A DNA stretch of 60,160 nucleotides. It comes from Toensbergia leucococca (taxonomy: Eukaryota). The stretch's first letter is position 1, and each line of letters begins with the position of its first letter. Under the pieces are notes generated by a model that was not told the origin of the DNA, did no database searches, and worked only from the letters and a program-made list of their open reading frames with translations. Shown here piece after piece: positions 35,942-49,801 of this stretch. The stretch is from the NCBI GenBank assembly GCA_022813965.1, contig JALDZS010000151.1:1-60160 (forward strand). Direction: 5' to 3'. The position numbers and the translations under genes are program-made.

Positions 35942-38068
35942 TCAACGCCCCCAATCCTCCTCAATCATCGCCGCCGCTTTTTCTGCAATGGCATAAACCG
36001 TCGCCTGCAAATGCGCGCTAATTTGCAACGGCATCACGCTCGCATCCACAACCCTCAGTCCTCGCACGCCATACACCCTCAACCGCGCATCCACAACACC
36101 TCCCTCTTTACCTTCGGTGCCGCCCATGCCGCACGTGCCGACAGGGTGCCAATCCGTGATAGTGGAGGCGCGGACCCAGGGAGCGAAGTCTTCCTCCTCG
36201 TTCTCTTCTGAGCCTTTTTCTTTGGATGATGTGGGAGGAGGCGGAGGGGGAAAGACGCGCGCGACGATGATGTCCGAGAGGGGTTTCGTGCAGCATATCT
36301 TGTTGGCGAAGGCCTGGGCTGCGACCATTAATTCGAAGTCGATGGCGCCGCTGGGGCCGGCGTAGTATTGTGGGTCGATTATGGGGGCGGCTGAAAAGGT
36401 TGTTGGGGTTGTTCTGGGGGAAGGGGAGGCGGGGATGTGGATCGAGCCGACGGAGAAAGGGTATTGGAGCATTTGCAGCATGGTTGCGTATTTTTTACCT
36501 GGGAGAGAGCGGTAGTAGGGACTGTAGTTGCCAGTGTCGAAATTGAATTCTACCTGGCCGAGATTTTGGGGCGAAGTGAGATGGTTGGCGAGGATGGCTT
36601 GGCGTGCAGTTTTGCTTGGTGGTAGGGTGGAGTGGAGGGTGGAGATGGTGTCAGGGGAAATGAAGTGCGTGAAGGGGAGGTAGGCGATTGAAGAGGGGAT
36701 GCAGGTCAGGGGCCCGGAGTGTTCTTCTTTAAAAGCTTTGTCTGCGGCGGCTGCAAGGGCTGAATCTGCACGCAGGTCTTCGGGCGTGGGGATTGAGGGG
36801 TCGATTTCGAAGACCATGGCCGTCACTAGTGGGGCTGGCGTTAGGGCTTTTCCCGGCTGAAAAAGACAACGAACGATGGTGTTGGGGAGAGGAGTGAATC
36901 AGTGACGGATGGATGGCAAGGGGACTGACTCATATGGTCCTGAAGATTCTCCCCCACGTTTGGATTCTCCACTTTGACCTCGATGCCCGCCGCTTCGAGC
37001 ACCTCGCGCTTGCCAATTCCCGACAGCTCCAGCAGCTGCGGCGATTGCACGCTTCCCGCACACACAATCACCTCCCCCTCCGTCCGGGCAACAAATTCCT
37101 CTCCTCCACGTTCGAACCGCACCCCTCTCGCCCCCCACCTTTCCACCTCGTCCTTCTCCAGCACCACCTCCCTGACCAGCGCCTCCGTCAGCAGCACCAG
37201 ATTCGCCCTCTTACTGTTGGGCTGATAGTACGCCGTGGCCGCATAACTCCTCTCGCGCCGGTCCGGGGTAACGCTCGTGAGCGAGGTCCAGACGCCGGTG
37301 TTGGAGCCGGAGAAGTGGCTCGTGTTGGTGGGGACGGAGAGGTTGTTGAGGGTGGCGTGCCAGTGTCTGTGGGTGGCGGCGTAGGAGGCGGAGTAGGTGG
37401 TTTGGATGGGGCCAGTAGTGCCGTGGTCGAAGGGAGTGTGGTGGGTTTGATGGAGGGACGTGTGGGAGGTAGGTGGAGGGTGGAAGGACTCGGACTTTTT
37501 GAAAAAGGGCCTGAATGGGGGGTTTTATCTTTCTTAGTTCTCTTTGTAAGATCTGGTTTTTAAACCAGTAGATACATATTTTGGAAAGGTGAAATATTGG
37601 GCAACTTCTCGTCAGGAGTCCAGCACCACCAACAACAAATCCCCCTTCTTGGAGATAAAAAGGGGTAGGGAGCGGGAAGAAAACTCACAGCAACCCCTCC
37701 CACCCCCAACCCTCATTCCCAAGCCCCTCCCACCCATCATAATCCTCCCTCGCCCCGCGATTCCACGTCATAAAATTCAACGCCCCTGAGCCCCCCACTA
37801 CCTTGCCCCTAGGCCATTTCAACCTCCTCCCTGCCAACCCCCTCTGCGCTACCGTCTCAAAACCCCAATCCAAGTCCGAGCCGAGGGACTCGCCGAAATG
37901 GCCAGGGATGGTGATGAGAGGGTCTTGGAGGCGAAGGGGGCCGGCTTCGAGGAGGAGAATGTTGAGAGCAGGGTTGGCGGAGAGGAGGGTGGCGAGGGGG
38001 AGGCCGGCGGTGCCGGCGCCGAGGATGATGTGGGTGTATATGGGGGAGGGGGAGGGGGGGATGTCCAT
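35942..38068 (-). CDS. GMC oxidoreductase (AA3-type), no signal peptide
   Basis: FAD-binding IILGAGTAG, PRGKVVGGSGALNFM, AGSVQSPQLLELSGIG, VGENLQDH, TDWHPVGTC and GLRVVDASVMP..AHLQATVYAIAEKAA. Two introns. Confidence 0.93.
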
Positions 38069-38714
38069 TTTTCTTATATACAAACTCTTGTCTCCAATTT
38101 GCTGTGAATGAACGAGGGTCTATATGCAAGAGTCAGATGAAAGTATGCGGACCTGGCATGTGTTTTGTGTGGGAGATGTTCTCCGAGTGTGTCATGATTC
38201 AATTGAATCAGTCATCATGTATAAATTGCTGATGTGTAACGACTTGATACATTTTTACAATTTGAATCCTTTAATCAGTGATGATATCATCTCACGATTG
38301 GTTGATTATTCCAGCGGCAAATCTTTTTCAGATTTGTGAAGCTGTTGTGGTATCTAGCACCCACAGTATTTGAGGCCCAACGCCACCAACAACTGAACAA
38401 CCGCAGCGTGCTCTGTAGAGTTCTATCTTGGTGATCCCTTACCCAGGCTCAGGTGATATCAACGCTGTAAGGATGGTGGATAAGACTTAAAAGAAGACAG
38501 GCAACAATATGCAAAGGGGTCGAGTGAAAAAGCCAGTGCGGATACCAGCAGTTGTCTGCATGTATGTCACAGCCCCTCAACATCTGGCAGCGTAGAAACG
38601 GAGTAAATTGTTGTTCTCGTAGCTCCTCGACGATCAAAGAGAAGAGTGCGATAGCGTACATGATATTTAATACACACTGGAGGTTGAGACTCTCCTCGAT
38701 TCTCCCTCTGCCTA

Positions 38715-39870
38715 AGGAGCGTAACCGTCACCGTCATGGTACTAACTGAATCAGGTAATAATTAGGGTGTAATCTACGCTTATTCCTCATGTTATCAACC
38801 TTATCATATATTACAACTCTTTTACATCAAACGCATACTCAACTATCAATCACCTAGATTTTTACCTTGTCTACATACCTGTTTACGTACCTGTCTACCT
38901 ACCTGTCTACCTACCTGTCTTTCTAAAGAAAATGTGACAAATGATCATACAAATTGCATGGTATCTTTATTTCTTAGGATTAGATAGGGTCTTGCTATTG
39001 TGACACCCCTTTTTGCTACATTGACACCCCTCACTCATCATACCTGATTAGGCATTAGTGAGGCCCTGAGCGCAAGTTCATCAAGGGAAATCTTCTCATT
39101 CTGCATCACATTTTACCTCAATTCTCTATCACTTCACAAGTCAATTATCTGTTTCATATGTGTGTCATCTAGAAGTCAAATTATCTAGAAGAAAATCAAT
39201 GCTTTTGTATCACATTCTGACTTGATCCCCTCACCCCTGAGTGCATGATCACCCTCACTCCCTTCACCGGCCTCCCCAGGCGCAAAAACATCATGATTTT
39301 GCAAGCTATCTACCTTCTTTCAAAGTCATGAAATACTCTGTTATTCACAGGCACAGTGACATTCACATTCACTTCTGCACCTCCTTCTCACCCTTCTTCT
39401 CACCCTCCTTCTCACTCTCACTCTCACTCTCTCTCTCTGAGTCTCCCTTCACCCTCACCCTCCCTGACCTCAAAGTTCTTTATCATGCAAGATCACCGCC
39501 TGCTCTACCCTCTAAAGCTATGAGTGAAGGTGAGGGTGAGGCTTCAGGTTCATGAGGTGAAGGTAGATTGAAATTCATGATACTGCGCCTGAAGTGAAGA
39601 ATTAAGTGAGAATGTGATACAATATCAGAATGATTCTCTACTGCAGTGAAGGTGACAGTTGACACGCGGATTCATAAGGTGTAAGACAAGCAAAGATGAT
39701 GAGGAATCAAGGCAAGATGTGATGCAGAATGATAAAAGTATTTTCATGGAATGGCAGTGAGATAAGATCAGCATTGAAGTAATATTGATTGTAACTTACA
39801 TACATTTCTGCTTTAGTTCGTGGTTATTTCCTGAGTGGGTTAGTACCATGACGGTGACGGTTACGCTCCT
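38715..39870. mobile_element. Non-autonomous TIR DNA transposon (Tc1/mariner-pogo-type, TA target site duplication), 1156 bp
   Basis: Perfect 32-bp inverted termini aggagcgtaaccgtcaccgtcatggtactaac (38715-38746) / gttagtaccatgacggtgacggttacgctcct (39839-39870), each flanked by TA. The interior is CpG-depleted with no transposase ORF. Confidence 0.9.
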
Positions 39871-40054
39871 TAAGGTAAGGTAGGCAGAGGGTCGATTCTG
39901 TTCTACATGACTAGCGCGGCAACGGCAGAGTGTGAAACATGATTTACTGAAAGCCGCTCTCGAACATTTCCACGACCGCTCGTAGACATATCCATCCTTC
40001 CTTTCTACTCGTTAAGTTTCTCCAGATGAAGTCTACGACTCAACCCACCTCAAC

Positions 40055-41416
40055 ATGGCCTTCCCAAAACCAATGCGAGCATTGGCAGCGCTATCCGTTC
40101 TTCTCTTCGTCTTCCTCCTCTACCAAATCTATGGCTCAAGCCCGTCTTTGGGAAGACCTGAAGGCAACAAACTTGATGAGATGACAAAGGATCCGAACTT
40201 AGAACGTGAGTCTGGCCCTCGATCTCAAATCTAGCAGCTACTCACCAGAGATTAGTGACCGGCGAACCGGAAGGCCAATTATGGCGACCAGACGATTATG
40301 CACCAGACAATCCCAACTCCCCTAGGATCAATGCGACACTGCTCTCTCTAGTAAGAAACAACGAGATCGAGGGCATGATACAGTCCATGAGAGATCTAGA
40401 AAGGACCTGGAATAGCAAATTTAATTACCCCTGGACCTTTTTCAACGACGTCCCCTTCACCGAAGATTTCAAAAGGAGAACTCAAGCCGAAACAAAAGCA
40501 AAATGTCATTACGGTAGATCTATCCTCAACTCCCCCAAAGGAAAGCCAAAGAAATAACATGCTGCAGAACTAATCCCCAAAGATCACTGGGCCGTCCCCT
40601 CCTGGATCAACCTCGATCTCTTCCAAGAATCCGCCCAAATACTAAAAGAACAAGAGATCCAGTACGCAAACTTAATGTCCTATCACCAAATGTGCCGCTG
40701 GAACAGTGGCATGTTTTACAAACACCCCGCCCTAGCCACAACCCGCTACTACTGGCGCGTCGAGCCCAAAGTCCACTTTTTCTGCAGCGTCGACTACGAC
40801 ATTTTCCGCTATATGGCCGATAATAACAAAACCTACGGCTTCACCATCAACCTCTACGATGCTCCCCAGAGTATCCCGACCCTCTGGCCGGAAACCATGA
40901 AATTTCTCGCGGCGCATCCAGAGTATCTACATGAGAATAATGCCATGGATTGGCTGACCGATGCGGCACGGAGGCCGGAACATAATCAAAAGGCGAATGG
41001 ATACTCTACATGTCATTTCTGGAGTAATTTTGAAATCGCAGATCTGGACGTCTGGCGCGGTCGCGCATACGAGGATTATTTCAACCATCTAGATCGAGCG
41101 GGCGGCTTCTTCTACGAGCGCTGGGGCGACGCTCCCGTGCATTCAATTGCCTTGGGTCTGTTCGAAGACAAGAGCAAGATTCATTGGTATGAAATTTTCT
41201 CGAAAAGTTCCGTTGCCCCCTTTCCCATCTACAGCACTTACCAAACCCCTCTCCTACAGGTTCCGCGACATCGGCTATCAACACATTCCCTACTTCAACT
41301 GCCCCAATTCGCCCAAGTGCAAGGGCTGCGCCACGGGCCGGTTCACGGATGGGGAGAATTTTCTGCTGAAGGAAGATTGCAGACCTAATTGGTTCAAGTA
41401 TGTTGGGTTAGACTGA
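40055..41416 (+). CDS. GT15 alpha-1,2-mannosyltransferase (KRE2/MNT1/KTR family, Ktr4-like)
   Basis: Type II TM N-terminus, RINATLLSLVRN, NYPWTFFNDVPF, SYHQMCRWNSG, YYWRVEP, CHFWSNFEI and GGFFYERWGDAPVHS. Three introns. Confidence 0.93.
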
Positions 41417-42927
41417 GCTGTTTTCGTAGATTTTGGGTTCTGGAGAGATCGCAGCCTTGTATCTTTTTGCTGAGATTGGAGGGTTGCGTGTTGTGGAGAG
41501 TTTGTTGTTTGTGAATATGTGTACTATGGTATATACAGACTCCACCTGTCGGCGGTGCCTGAGGTCAATTGGGAGTTCTGAGGTGGTGTTGGGGTATGGT
41601 TTTTCTTTTTTTTTTGCCCGGGGCGCAGAAAGGGTGTGGAGGTTTTGTAACTTTTGCATTTTTGTAGCAAAAACTTATTCTTTTTCCAAGGAAGTTGTTT
41701 GAATAAATACCTACCCTTGGCGTTTTGCCGGACAGTTCAGATATCTTTTCCGTATCCAAATCTCATGTTTTCTGCAAGCGAACAACCCATTTCCCATCTC
41801 TACTATCCAAGCTACATATCCCCTATCCTACCCATCCCAACTCCCGCCTCCATCCTCAATACTCTAGTGAAACCCCTCCCTGACCCACGAGCCATAAACG
41901 CTTCATAGCTTTTGCTATCCAGCTTCGTTCCATACCTATCCTCTTCCCCGTTCCCCATTTCCCGTCCCTTCTCCCTCCTCCCTCCTCCCTGCTCCCTGCT
42001 CCCTGCTCCCATCTCCCATCTCCCAACCCCAAAACATCCAAAAAAAAACACCCACCCCTCAAATCTGCCCCAAGCCCCTCCCTCACTAACTCATCACTCA
42101 TCACAACCTCACCCCCCCCCCCCAAAAAAAACCCTCCGGTACTCAGCTGCATCTATCTACTCTGCATCTGATCTGCACCTTTTTGGTGAATCGAGGGGTG
42201 TGTGTGTGTGTGTGTGGTTTGTAACTTTGCTGTGCGGAGTTTGGGGGGTGGGGGGGGTGGGGGGGTGGGAGAAAGGTGAAGAGAGATAGATGGAAGAGAG
42301 GGAGGTCCGGGATGGGATCCCCTTGATTCGCGCTAGAGTATATGTAGTCTTCCGTTCCCTACCTACCTGCCTGCCCCCACCATACCACTCCTATTCGCAA
42401 CCCGTCACAAAAGCAGGACGGTAAAAAAATAATCGGGTATCGATTACTCTTCGTCATGCCCCTCTCACCACCCGCGGTATACATACCCCGCCCCCCCCCG
42501 CCCCCCCCCACCCTCACCCTCCCATTTTCTCTAGATCTGTGGATGTTTCTCATTGCAATCCTCGCCTTCCTTTTCTTCTTTTTCACTATTTGTGGGGAGT
42601 TTTTTTGCATTTTGAGAGGAGGAGGAGGTGAGAGGGAGGAGAAAATGGCACGGGGAGAAGAGATTGAAAAGGAGCGGAAGATAGGGAATGAGAGTACGAA
42701 TGGATCGTTAGTGTTGCCGACTTTGGTACCAGAGAGAGGGAAAAAGCGGAATCGCGGATTCCACTCAAAACTTTAGACCCGAAAAAAGGTTATGTATATT
42801 GCACATCGACAGACCTCCTTGCCCTCCCTAGCCGCAGCAGCAGCAGCAGCACTGTCTAGTAAACAGCGCTTCCTCCCTTCGCGGCCCTGCCCAACCTCTC
42901 CACCCACACACCCATGCATCCACCACC

Positions 42928-43760
42928 TCACGAACTCTGCGCCCCCACAGATCCAGAATACAGCGGATCGGGATACAAATCCTCCTTCAAATTAACACCC
43001 AGCTCCTCCCTAAGCGGCTTCAGATCGCGGAGGTATTCATCATATTGGCCTTTGTTTTCGACTTTGGCCTTGATTCCTAATTCCCACATACCCTTCGTTA
43101 GAATAACCAGGAAACCAAAAACTGAGGATAGCGATTTATCTGGTTTTTCCTTCTTCGACGGGGGAGGTTGGGAAAACCATACCTTCAAAGATCCGGACGG
43201 CGGTGGGGTAGTCGTTTACGCGGCGGGCGGCTTTCAGAGCGGCGGTTATGACGGAGGGGGAGGGTACGAGATCGTAGGCGAAGGCATTGTTGAGGTTACG
43301 CTGTTTTCGGGGTCAGAATGCTTTTTTGGCAGGAAAGGGGGGTCATGAGTGGAGGGAAATTACCTGCAGTTCGAACACGTCCTGTACGCCCTCGAACTCT
43401 TTCTCGTATCTGCATAAGAAACAACAACGTCAGTCAATTGACACAGTTCCAAGCTCCCCGAGCTCTCCCAGTGTAAAAGTAACTGCAGCCAGAGCTAGCT
43501 CTAGCGCCCCAATTGCGTCCTCAACAGCGCACGTACCTGGCTGTGAATTCTTCAAAACTCTCCTCGTGGTGGTTCGCTGCTTCTTGCCCATCTTTATCTG
43601 CGGTTCTGCTGGCGCTGGTACTGAAGCTGCTGTGTCCAATAGCTGCGGATTGGGCGGGTGCTGGTCTTGCGGTACGGAGGCTTTTGCGAGAGGAGCGGAA
43701 GAGGCTGGTGGAGGGGTGGGTAGTGCGCGTTACGGCGCGGAGGATGCTTGTGGACGACAT
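42928..43760 (-). CDS. COX6: Cytochrome c oxidase subunit VI (COX5A family), mitochondrial
   Basis: Basic presequence, then EESFEEFTAR|YEKEFEGVQDVFELQ|RNLNNAFAYDLVPSPSVITAALKAARRVNDYPTAVRIFEG|IKAKVENKGQY..LREELGV. Confidence 0.95.
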
Positions 43761-44323
43761 TGGAGGTGGAGTGGAGACGGGGGGTTGGCTTTTGGTGGGT
43801 GTGGTGAGGTACTTGGGTGATTAGGGACTTGGGGTGTTGGTTCTGAGATGAAATGTACAAGGTGGGTGCGTAGTTTGTGGGACGCCGGTGGGAGGTTCAG
43901 GGCATGGGATTTTCGAGATGTGATTTTTGAATTAGCCTCCTCTGAGGGGAACAATCATCCGGACAGCAAAGACATGCCTTGTTTGGATTCAGCTTTTCCA
44001 GCAAAGGTTGCTATGATTTTTACTCAGATGCTGACATTAACATTACTTTCACCACCACGGAAAGGGAAACTATAGGGCCATAGTGGTGAGTGAACTAGAA
44101 GCTCTGAACTGAACATTCAAGCTCTTCAGAAGCTGCTCAACCTGTTGGAGACATTACTCTCGAAAGCTACTTGGATGTCTGATTCAATTCAAGACATGCT
44201 TGAGGAATGTATTGTGTTGCTACCCGTAATGACATACCAAGTCACACATCTTGATGTGCTCATGGAATACTAATCTAAGCGAGTCCCAGTGATCGCATGA
44301 AGTGATCTCTCCTGCTCATCGAG

Positions 44324-45678
44324 CTAATCCTCGTGTACTATCTTCATGAATGTTTCTGCTGCTCTTTCCGGCTTCCCATCGGCCAGCTTCTCCTGTCCCA
44401 ATTTCTTCTCGCTGAATACTTTGGCATACGGATTCAGCCTTAAAAGCACTTGCTTATTTTTCAGTGGGTTCTTCTTTTGTACTGCCATTCTCTTCGTCTT
44501 GGCTCCTCCCTTTGCCGCACGCACTACCGCTTGAACCTCAGATGAGTTGATCAAACGAGCAATATCGGCGTTGGAAACGATGTTCGAGGGAAGTAAAAAG
44601 TCCCTCTTCATGGCAGATGGGGTGGTCGTAGACCCGTAAATCGTATCCAAGGCAGCAAAGGCCGAGGAGCTCCAGATGATAAATCGGCCCAAATGCCCAC
44701 CTGGAGCGAGTTGCAGGAGATTGAGAGCAAACACTGAAGATGTTTCAATGCCTGGGATATTCCGGAAAGCGCGTACAAGTTCTTTCCCATCTACTTCAGG
44801 ATTATAGACTATCAATGGACCGCGGCGTTGGCGGTGACGACGACCTCGTAGTTTCCCTTTTCCTGCGCGTAGCTTGCGAGATTTGCCGACTTTCGTGACA
44901 TCTGGGCCTGCACCAATGGCGTTCAGAAGTCCTAATGCAGCAGATGTCTTTGTGATAGCAGCACCCTCAAAAGCTTTGGAATCGATGACAAGGGGAACTT
45001 CGGGAACGGTGGAAATTTGATGTCCACGGGCTAAAAGGAGAGCTGGGACGGACGATGCAGCAAGGGCAGAAGTAGTAGCGAAGCGTCTGTAAAGATATCA
45101 ACGGCTGGACCAAATAAGGTTCAAGCATTTAATCAGACGCACTTCTGGCCAAGATTGAGCTTTTGGTGCCATTTTCTCCAGGTCTTTGTAGGTGCAAACA
45201 TACGACCAGAGCGACACATGTTACCAAAGGCGGCTTGACCGGCACGATGGGTTCCTCCACCAGACACACGAGGGATACGGGCAACAGCACGACCTATTCA
45301 AGCCAATATGTAAGCCTTGTTCACTTATTTTTCCTCTGCCGCGGTTAGTTGTCCCGTAGACTCTTCAATGACAGCTCAGGGTCTTAATTTATCGTTTCCG
45401 AATGTACATAGGCTTTGTACTGACCAGTTCCCCACGACTCGGCCGAAGTCTGATGACCGGCTTTCTCGCTCACAGCATATGGTTGTCTCTTGTTCTTGGC
45501 CATCCCAGTGTGGACCGATCTAGAGTCAGGTCAGCATTTCCTGACGCAGCAGAGTAATGAAGCCATACTGAACAATATCCGGGCGAATTGGCGATTTGAA
45601 CACAGCTGGTAGTGGGTGCGTCGACCCACTTGGGGTGCCATCTGCCTTGGCAATGGTGACAGTAGGACGGGTCGACAT
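44324..45678 (-). CDS. RPL4: 60S ribosomal protein L4 (uL4)
   Basis: [96 protein letters not shown]. Three introns. Confidence 0.97.
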
Positions 45679-46481
45679 CTTTGAGGATTGATCAAGTTGT
45701 CGATGTCCAAGGTCACGATGTTGTTGGAAGATAATGTGATTTGTGGGTGCGCCAAGAGCGCCAAGATATTAAGCGAGCATCCGGCAAATCTTAAATCCTA
45801 CCCTCGACTATTTACCCCTTACTCGTAGCAGATTCTATTATCATAATGTCCATCACATCACGCATTGTGTTTTCTATGTAAGACTGCTTTCCATAGATTC
45901 TTTGAATAAGTTCCCAACTATACGTTGAAAGCGCTCCTACTTGATTACTCAGGAAAATCTGATACATTATCTTTTTGGACATGACATGAAAATGGCATTG
46001 GGGAGCTTCGACTTAGAGCCAGCATCGGATTTCTTTTGCAGGCTAGCAACCTTTGCATTTGATGAACAGTATTGTGACCTTGACAATACATAGGTATATG
46101 GGGTGAAGTGCTTGTGGTACCTCTTCATCGGACACCCAACACAGACGCTGTCTCGGTTTTTCGGAGTTGCTGGGACCTTGGGGAAGAGCGAACGCCAGAG
46201 ATAGATTAAGATAAAATCCAACGGCACAAGAACGCTAAACGTTCAATGTGATCGCCTCGTTGCACTCGCAAAACTTCCTTCATTCATATCATTCATTGGA
46301 TTGGCAAGTTGAGTGTCAAATATGTCCAAGTAAAAAACCGTTGATGAAAGATCACCGACATCACAAATGCTTCCGAGAGTCCGGCGTATTTGATGTCCAA
46401 GTCCTTGAAAATGCAAATGCGTTCCTTTCTACCCTATGAATAATATGACCATACTGAATATTGGTACGAGGGAACGAAATT

Positions 46482-47973
46482 CTAAATGGCGTGCGCCTCC
46501 CACGCTGCTGACATCCGAGAATTATAGCTATCTTTAAATGGTCGATACGAAGGGATAGAAGGTCCTATACCGGCCATTACGCTGGCTGGACGGATAGGAG
46601 CAGGCGGCATTCCATGGGAAGGCGAATATACAGGGAATTCCATGTCGTCCCAAGCGTGCAGCTTGGGCCGTTTAATACGCATATCGTCTTGGATACGCGC
46701 AAGGTCCTCTCGATTCTCAGCGGGTGACTTTTCCTGGCTAGCCTTGGTCCAATTAGGCACCTTGCCTATATGATTAGGCTGTTGCATAGGCCATTGGCTA
46801 ATTCTCGTACAGCCTGATGGACTTGAGATGACCCAGGATGGGCGGCTCCGAGTATCGTCTCGTGTACCTGATCTGAACCAAGAAGCGATAGACTTGGGAG
46901 AGACTTTTTCAATTACCGGACACAAAATTGGGAGGCAGGCTGTTGTTATTCCAAGGCATGGTTCTAGGATGGAGGTATAATCGATCCTGATAAGGTTGAA
47001 GAGAATGTCATTTACATGGAGAGTGTAGTTGGTCATGATAACCCATACGAGGCGTATAACACTGACGAGGCAGACCCTAGAGCAGGATTTGTAAATTAGC
47101 GACACGATAGCCTGGATAAGCCGGACAAGAATATAATCATACAAAATTCCAAATCCAAAGACGGTGATGAGTGATATTCTCCTGCGAATTGGAAGACAGA
47201 GGCTCCAGACCATGGGCACCGGAAGGCCAAACACAATCAAATTGGCGATTAAATTCATAATCGCAGTGGCCAAAGCTGCGTCCCTTATGTCTTCGCACTT
47301 GCCTTTTGTCCCTAGTTCCCATGAAGATTCAAGAGGCACGCATTGAAGGACAACCAACAGAATTGCCGCGACAGAATAAAGAGTGACGATTAGCATAGAA
47401 ACATGTGCGACTAGATGAAATTTCCGATCGGTCCTTTCTGAATCGAAGACATGGATGTAGAACAAGATAAGTGAGACTTTTATGGCACTCGTAGCTAGTA
47501 TCCATAGAACATTCGCTGCATCGGCAGTCTACAAAGTCATCATCCCTTGAGAGCCAATATGAGGCTTGAAGGACAGCTACATACCTTGATCATAAAGATC
47601 GTTTCCGCCATAGTCTCTTGCTCTGCATTCTGTCCAACGCCGCCAGCGACAACATCTATCATACTTAAAATAAAAGCCACAACACGGGACTCGGAGGAGA
47701 CTTACCAAGTATTACAGCCGCTGCCACGCCCCAAGTGAGGATCTATCGATAGGTGAGTGTTTGAAAATAGAATAAAGTCAAAGGCTGCAGTACTAAAGCA
47801 GCAATAATCCAGTAATCATTCGCGGCCAACGCGGCTCTTTGCAACTTCCTGGATAACAGGCGTAGAGGCACCATGACAGTCGCAATGGAAAGAAAAATTG
47901 CCGTGACAACAGTAAGGTGTAGTCCTTTGTCATCCTCATTCAAGTGAACTATCCGCCGGTAAACTGGATTCAT
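46482..47973 (-). CDS. PTH11-like integral membrane protein (fungal rhodopsin-domain GPCR), no CFEM domain
   Basis: VPLRLLSR..LAANDYWIIAAL, KVSLILFY, LQCVPLESSW, FGLPVPMVWSL..RRRISLITVFGFG and SILEPCLGITTACLPIL. Multiple introns. Confidence 0.88.
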
Positions 47974-49801
47974 ACTGGCGGCAGATGAAGGAAGAATCAG
48001 AGAAAGTAAAGAATGAATACTGCCACAATGAAGAGAGCGGCTCCCAGAAAGAATGATCAACTGATGGGTAGATAGGCTTTGAATAAGTAGATGGGCAACA
48101 TGATCTTGTGAGCGACAGCAAGGCCAACCTTGTTTTTCGCGCGAGAAACGCAGAGATAAAACGAGCTATTGCTGCGAGCGGCTTTTGCAAGAATAGCCAG
48201 ATATCTCTCCATCGCAGCCTCCGGACACTAGGGTAGAGGCGTCAAAATCCAAGCTTATTCCCCGAAGAATGAGTGGCGCAAATAAGGCAGATGAATATCA
48301 AGGAAGGTACACGGACCGGCCAGATGAATTAAAGTCGAGGCGCGCCAATCGTAGAATAGATGAGTGAAACGCTGAGTTGTGGAGAAATGAGAAAAGTGCC
48401 CGAAGTATGCGGGGGCTAGGTTGTTTGGATGAGGTCTGTGCTGTTAAAATATGGGAGATGTTGTAAGCGTGCCGTGTTTGGAGGCGCTTTACACTCTCAA
48501 TCCACCTTTCAGGTACGAGTACGAGTAATTGTAGTGTAAGAGCCAAGCAGTCAAGCAGCCGAGAATATAGAGAACGAGTTCAAGCAATCCAATGCAATGT
48601 ACCATGTAAACGAGGCCCAAGTACAGTGATACGAACACATTCTGTTCTATTCCTTGAGCAGCGCAAAGATGCCATCTGTCAATAGACAAATCTATGCAAG
48701 GTTCTTGCTTTTACAAATGCAGTCTCGAGTACAGAGCATCTGCGCATTTGACCGGAATATGTAGACATCTTCATCCTCAGTAACAAAGCCGGCATAGAGA
48801 GTCGGCATAGAAATGGCACCGATGAGGCGATATTCTGCGCCATCTTCATGCCAGAATGCAAATTGATCGGGCTCATTATTCCTCGGGTATCAAACAAAGG
48901 GCGAGAAAACACACGGAGACATAGCATGATGCATGATGGCATGTGGCAAGGCGGAAGCTACGGGTAATCTTGAAAGACTCGAGGAGAAGCCGGATTTGCA
49001 ATGGACTGCACTCCGTAGAATATCAGTGTTCTGAACTCACTCAGCGTTGGAACGAATGTTGCAAAGGCTCAACGACCATGTGGCCAAATATAAGGAGTGT
49101 CCAATTGGAACTAATGCTACCTACTCATGCTACTCAATTCCATGTTGACTCGGCTAAACATGTACTACCGATTTCCACCTGATCCTACCTAGGCCCTAGG
49201 CCCTACGGCTAGGACCACGTGCGCGATAGCCCGATGAGGATGTGGATGGCTACCTTACCTTAGGCGAGCTGGTTATTTACCAATCGAGGAATGAGCCAAC
49301 TCACCATTCTACGAGTAGGTAGTTGATTCCCGTCTGCGCGGTCAACAAGTCTTCGTTTTAAGCGTAACAATTTTTTACCACATCCTAGTGTCACTCACTC
49401 AAATTGAACGAGCTTGCTTACACTCTTTAGATGTCGAATGAAGGTCTTATGGCTGTATGACCTTAGGTTATTCTACTAACTCACTCCTGAGACATCGCAT
49501 GGGCCTACTCTACATCAAGCACGAAGCAATGACTAGGTACAAGGTCAAGATTTCTACTGACGAACCTGCAATCATTTTTGAGCCTCTCGGCGTCCTGTAC
49601 ATATGTTCAATGGTCGACTGAATGATAAGATGTCTCGCCGAGGAAGTCCGAGCTACATCATTGCAATGCACGTCCAACTGAATCAGCCAACAATAATTGT
49701 GCCAGCACCTGCATGTCCATAGTGCAAATGGCCTTCATCTGAAGGCCACATCTATTCATCATTTTCCCCTTACTCCTGCTCCTTCTGTTGCTCCCACAAT
49801 C

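Noticed and set aside
45294..45424. Intronic C/D snoRNA in RPL4, as in vertebrates
   Set aside because: No RTGATGA box C or terminal box D arrangement is visible.
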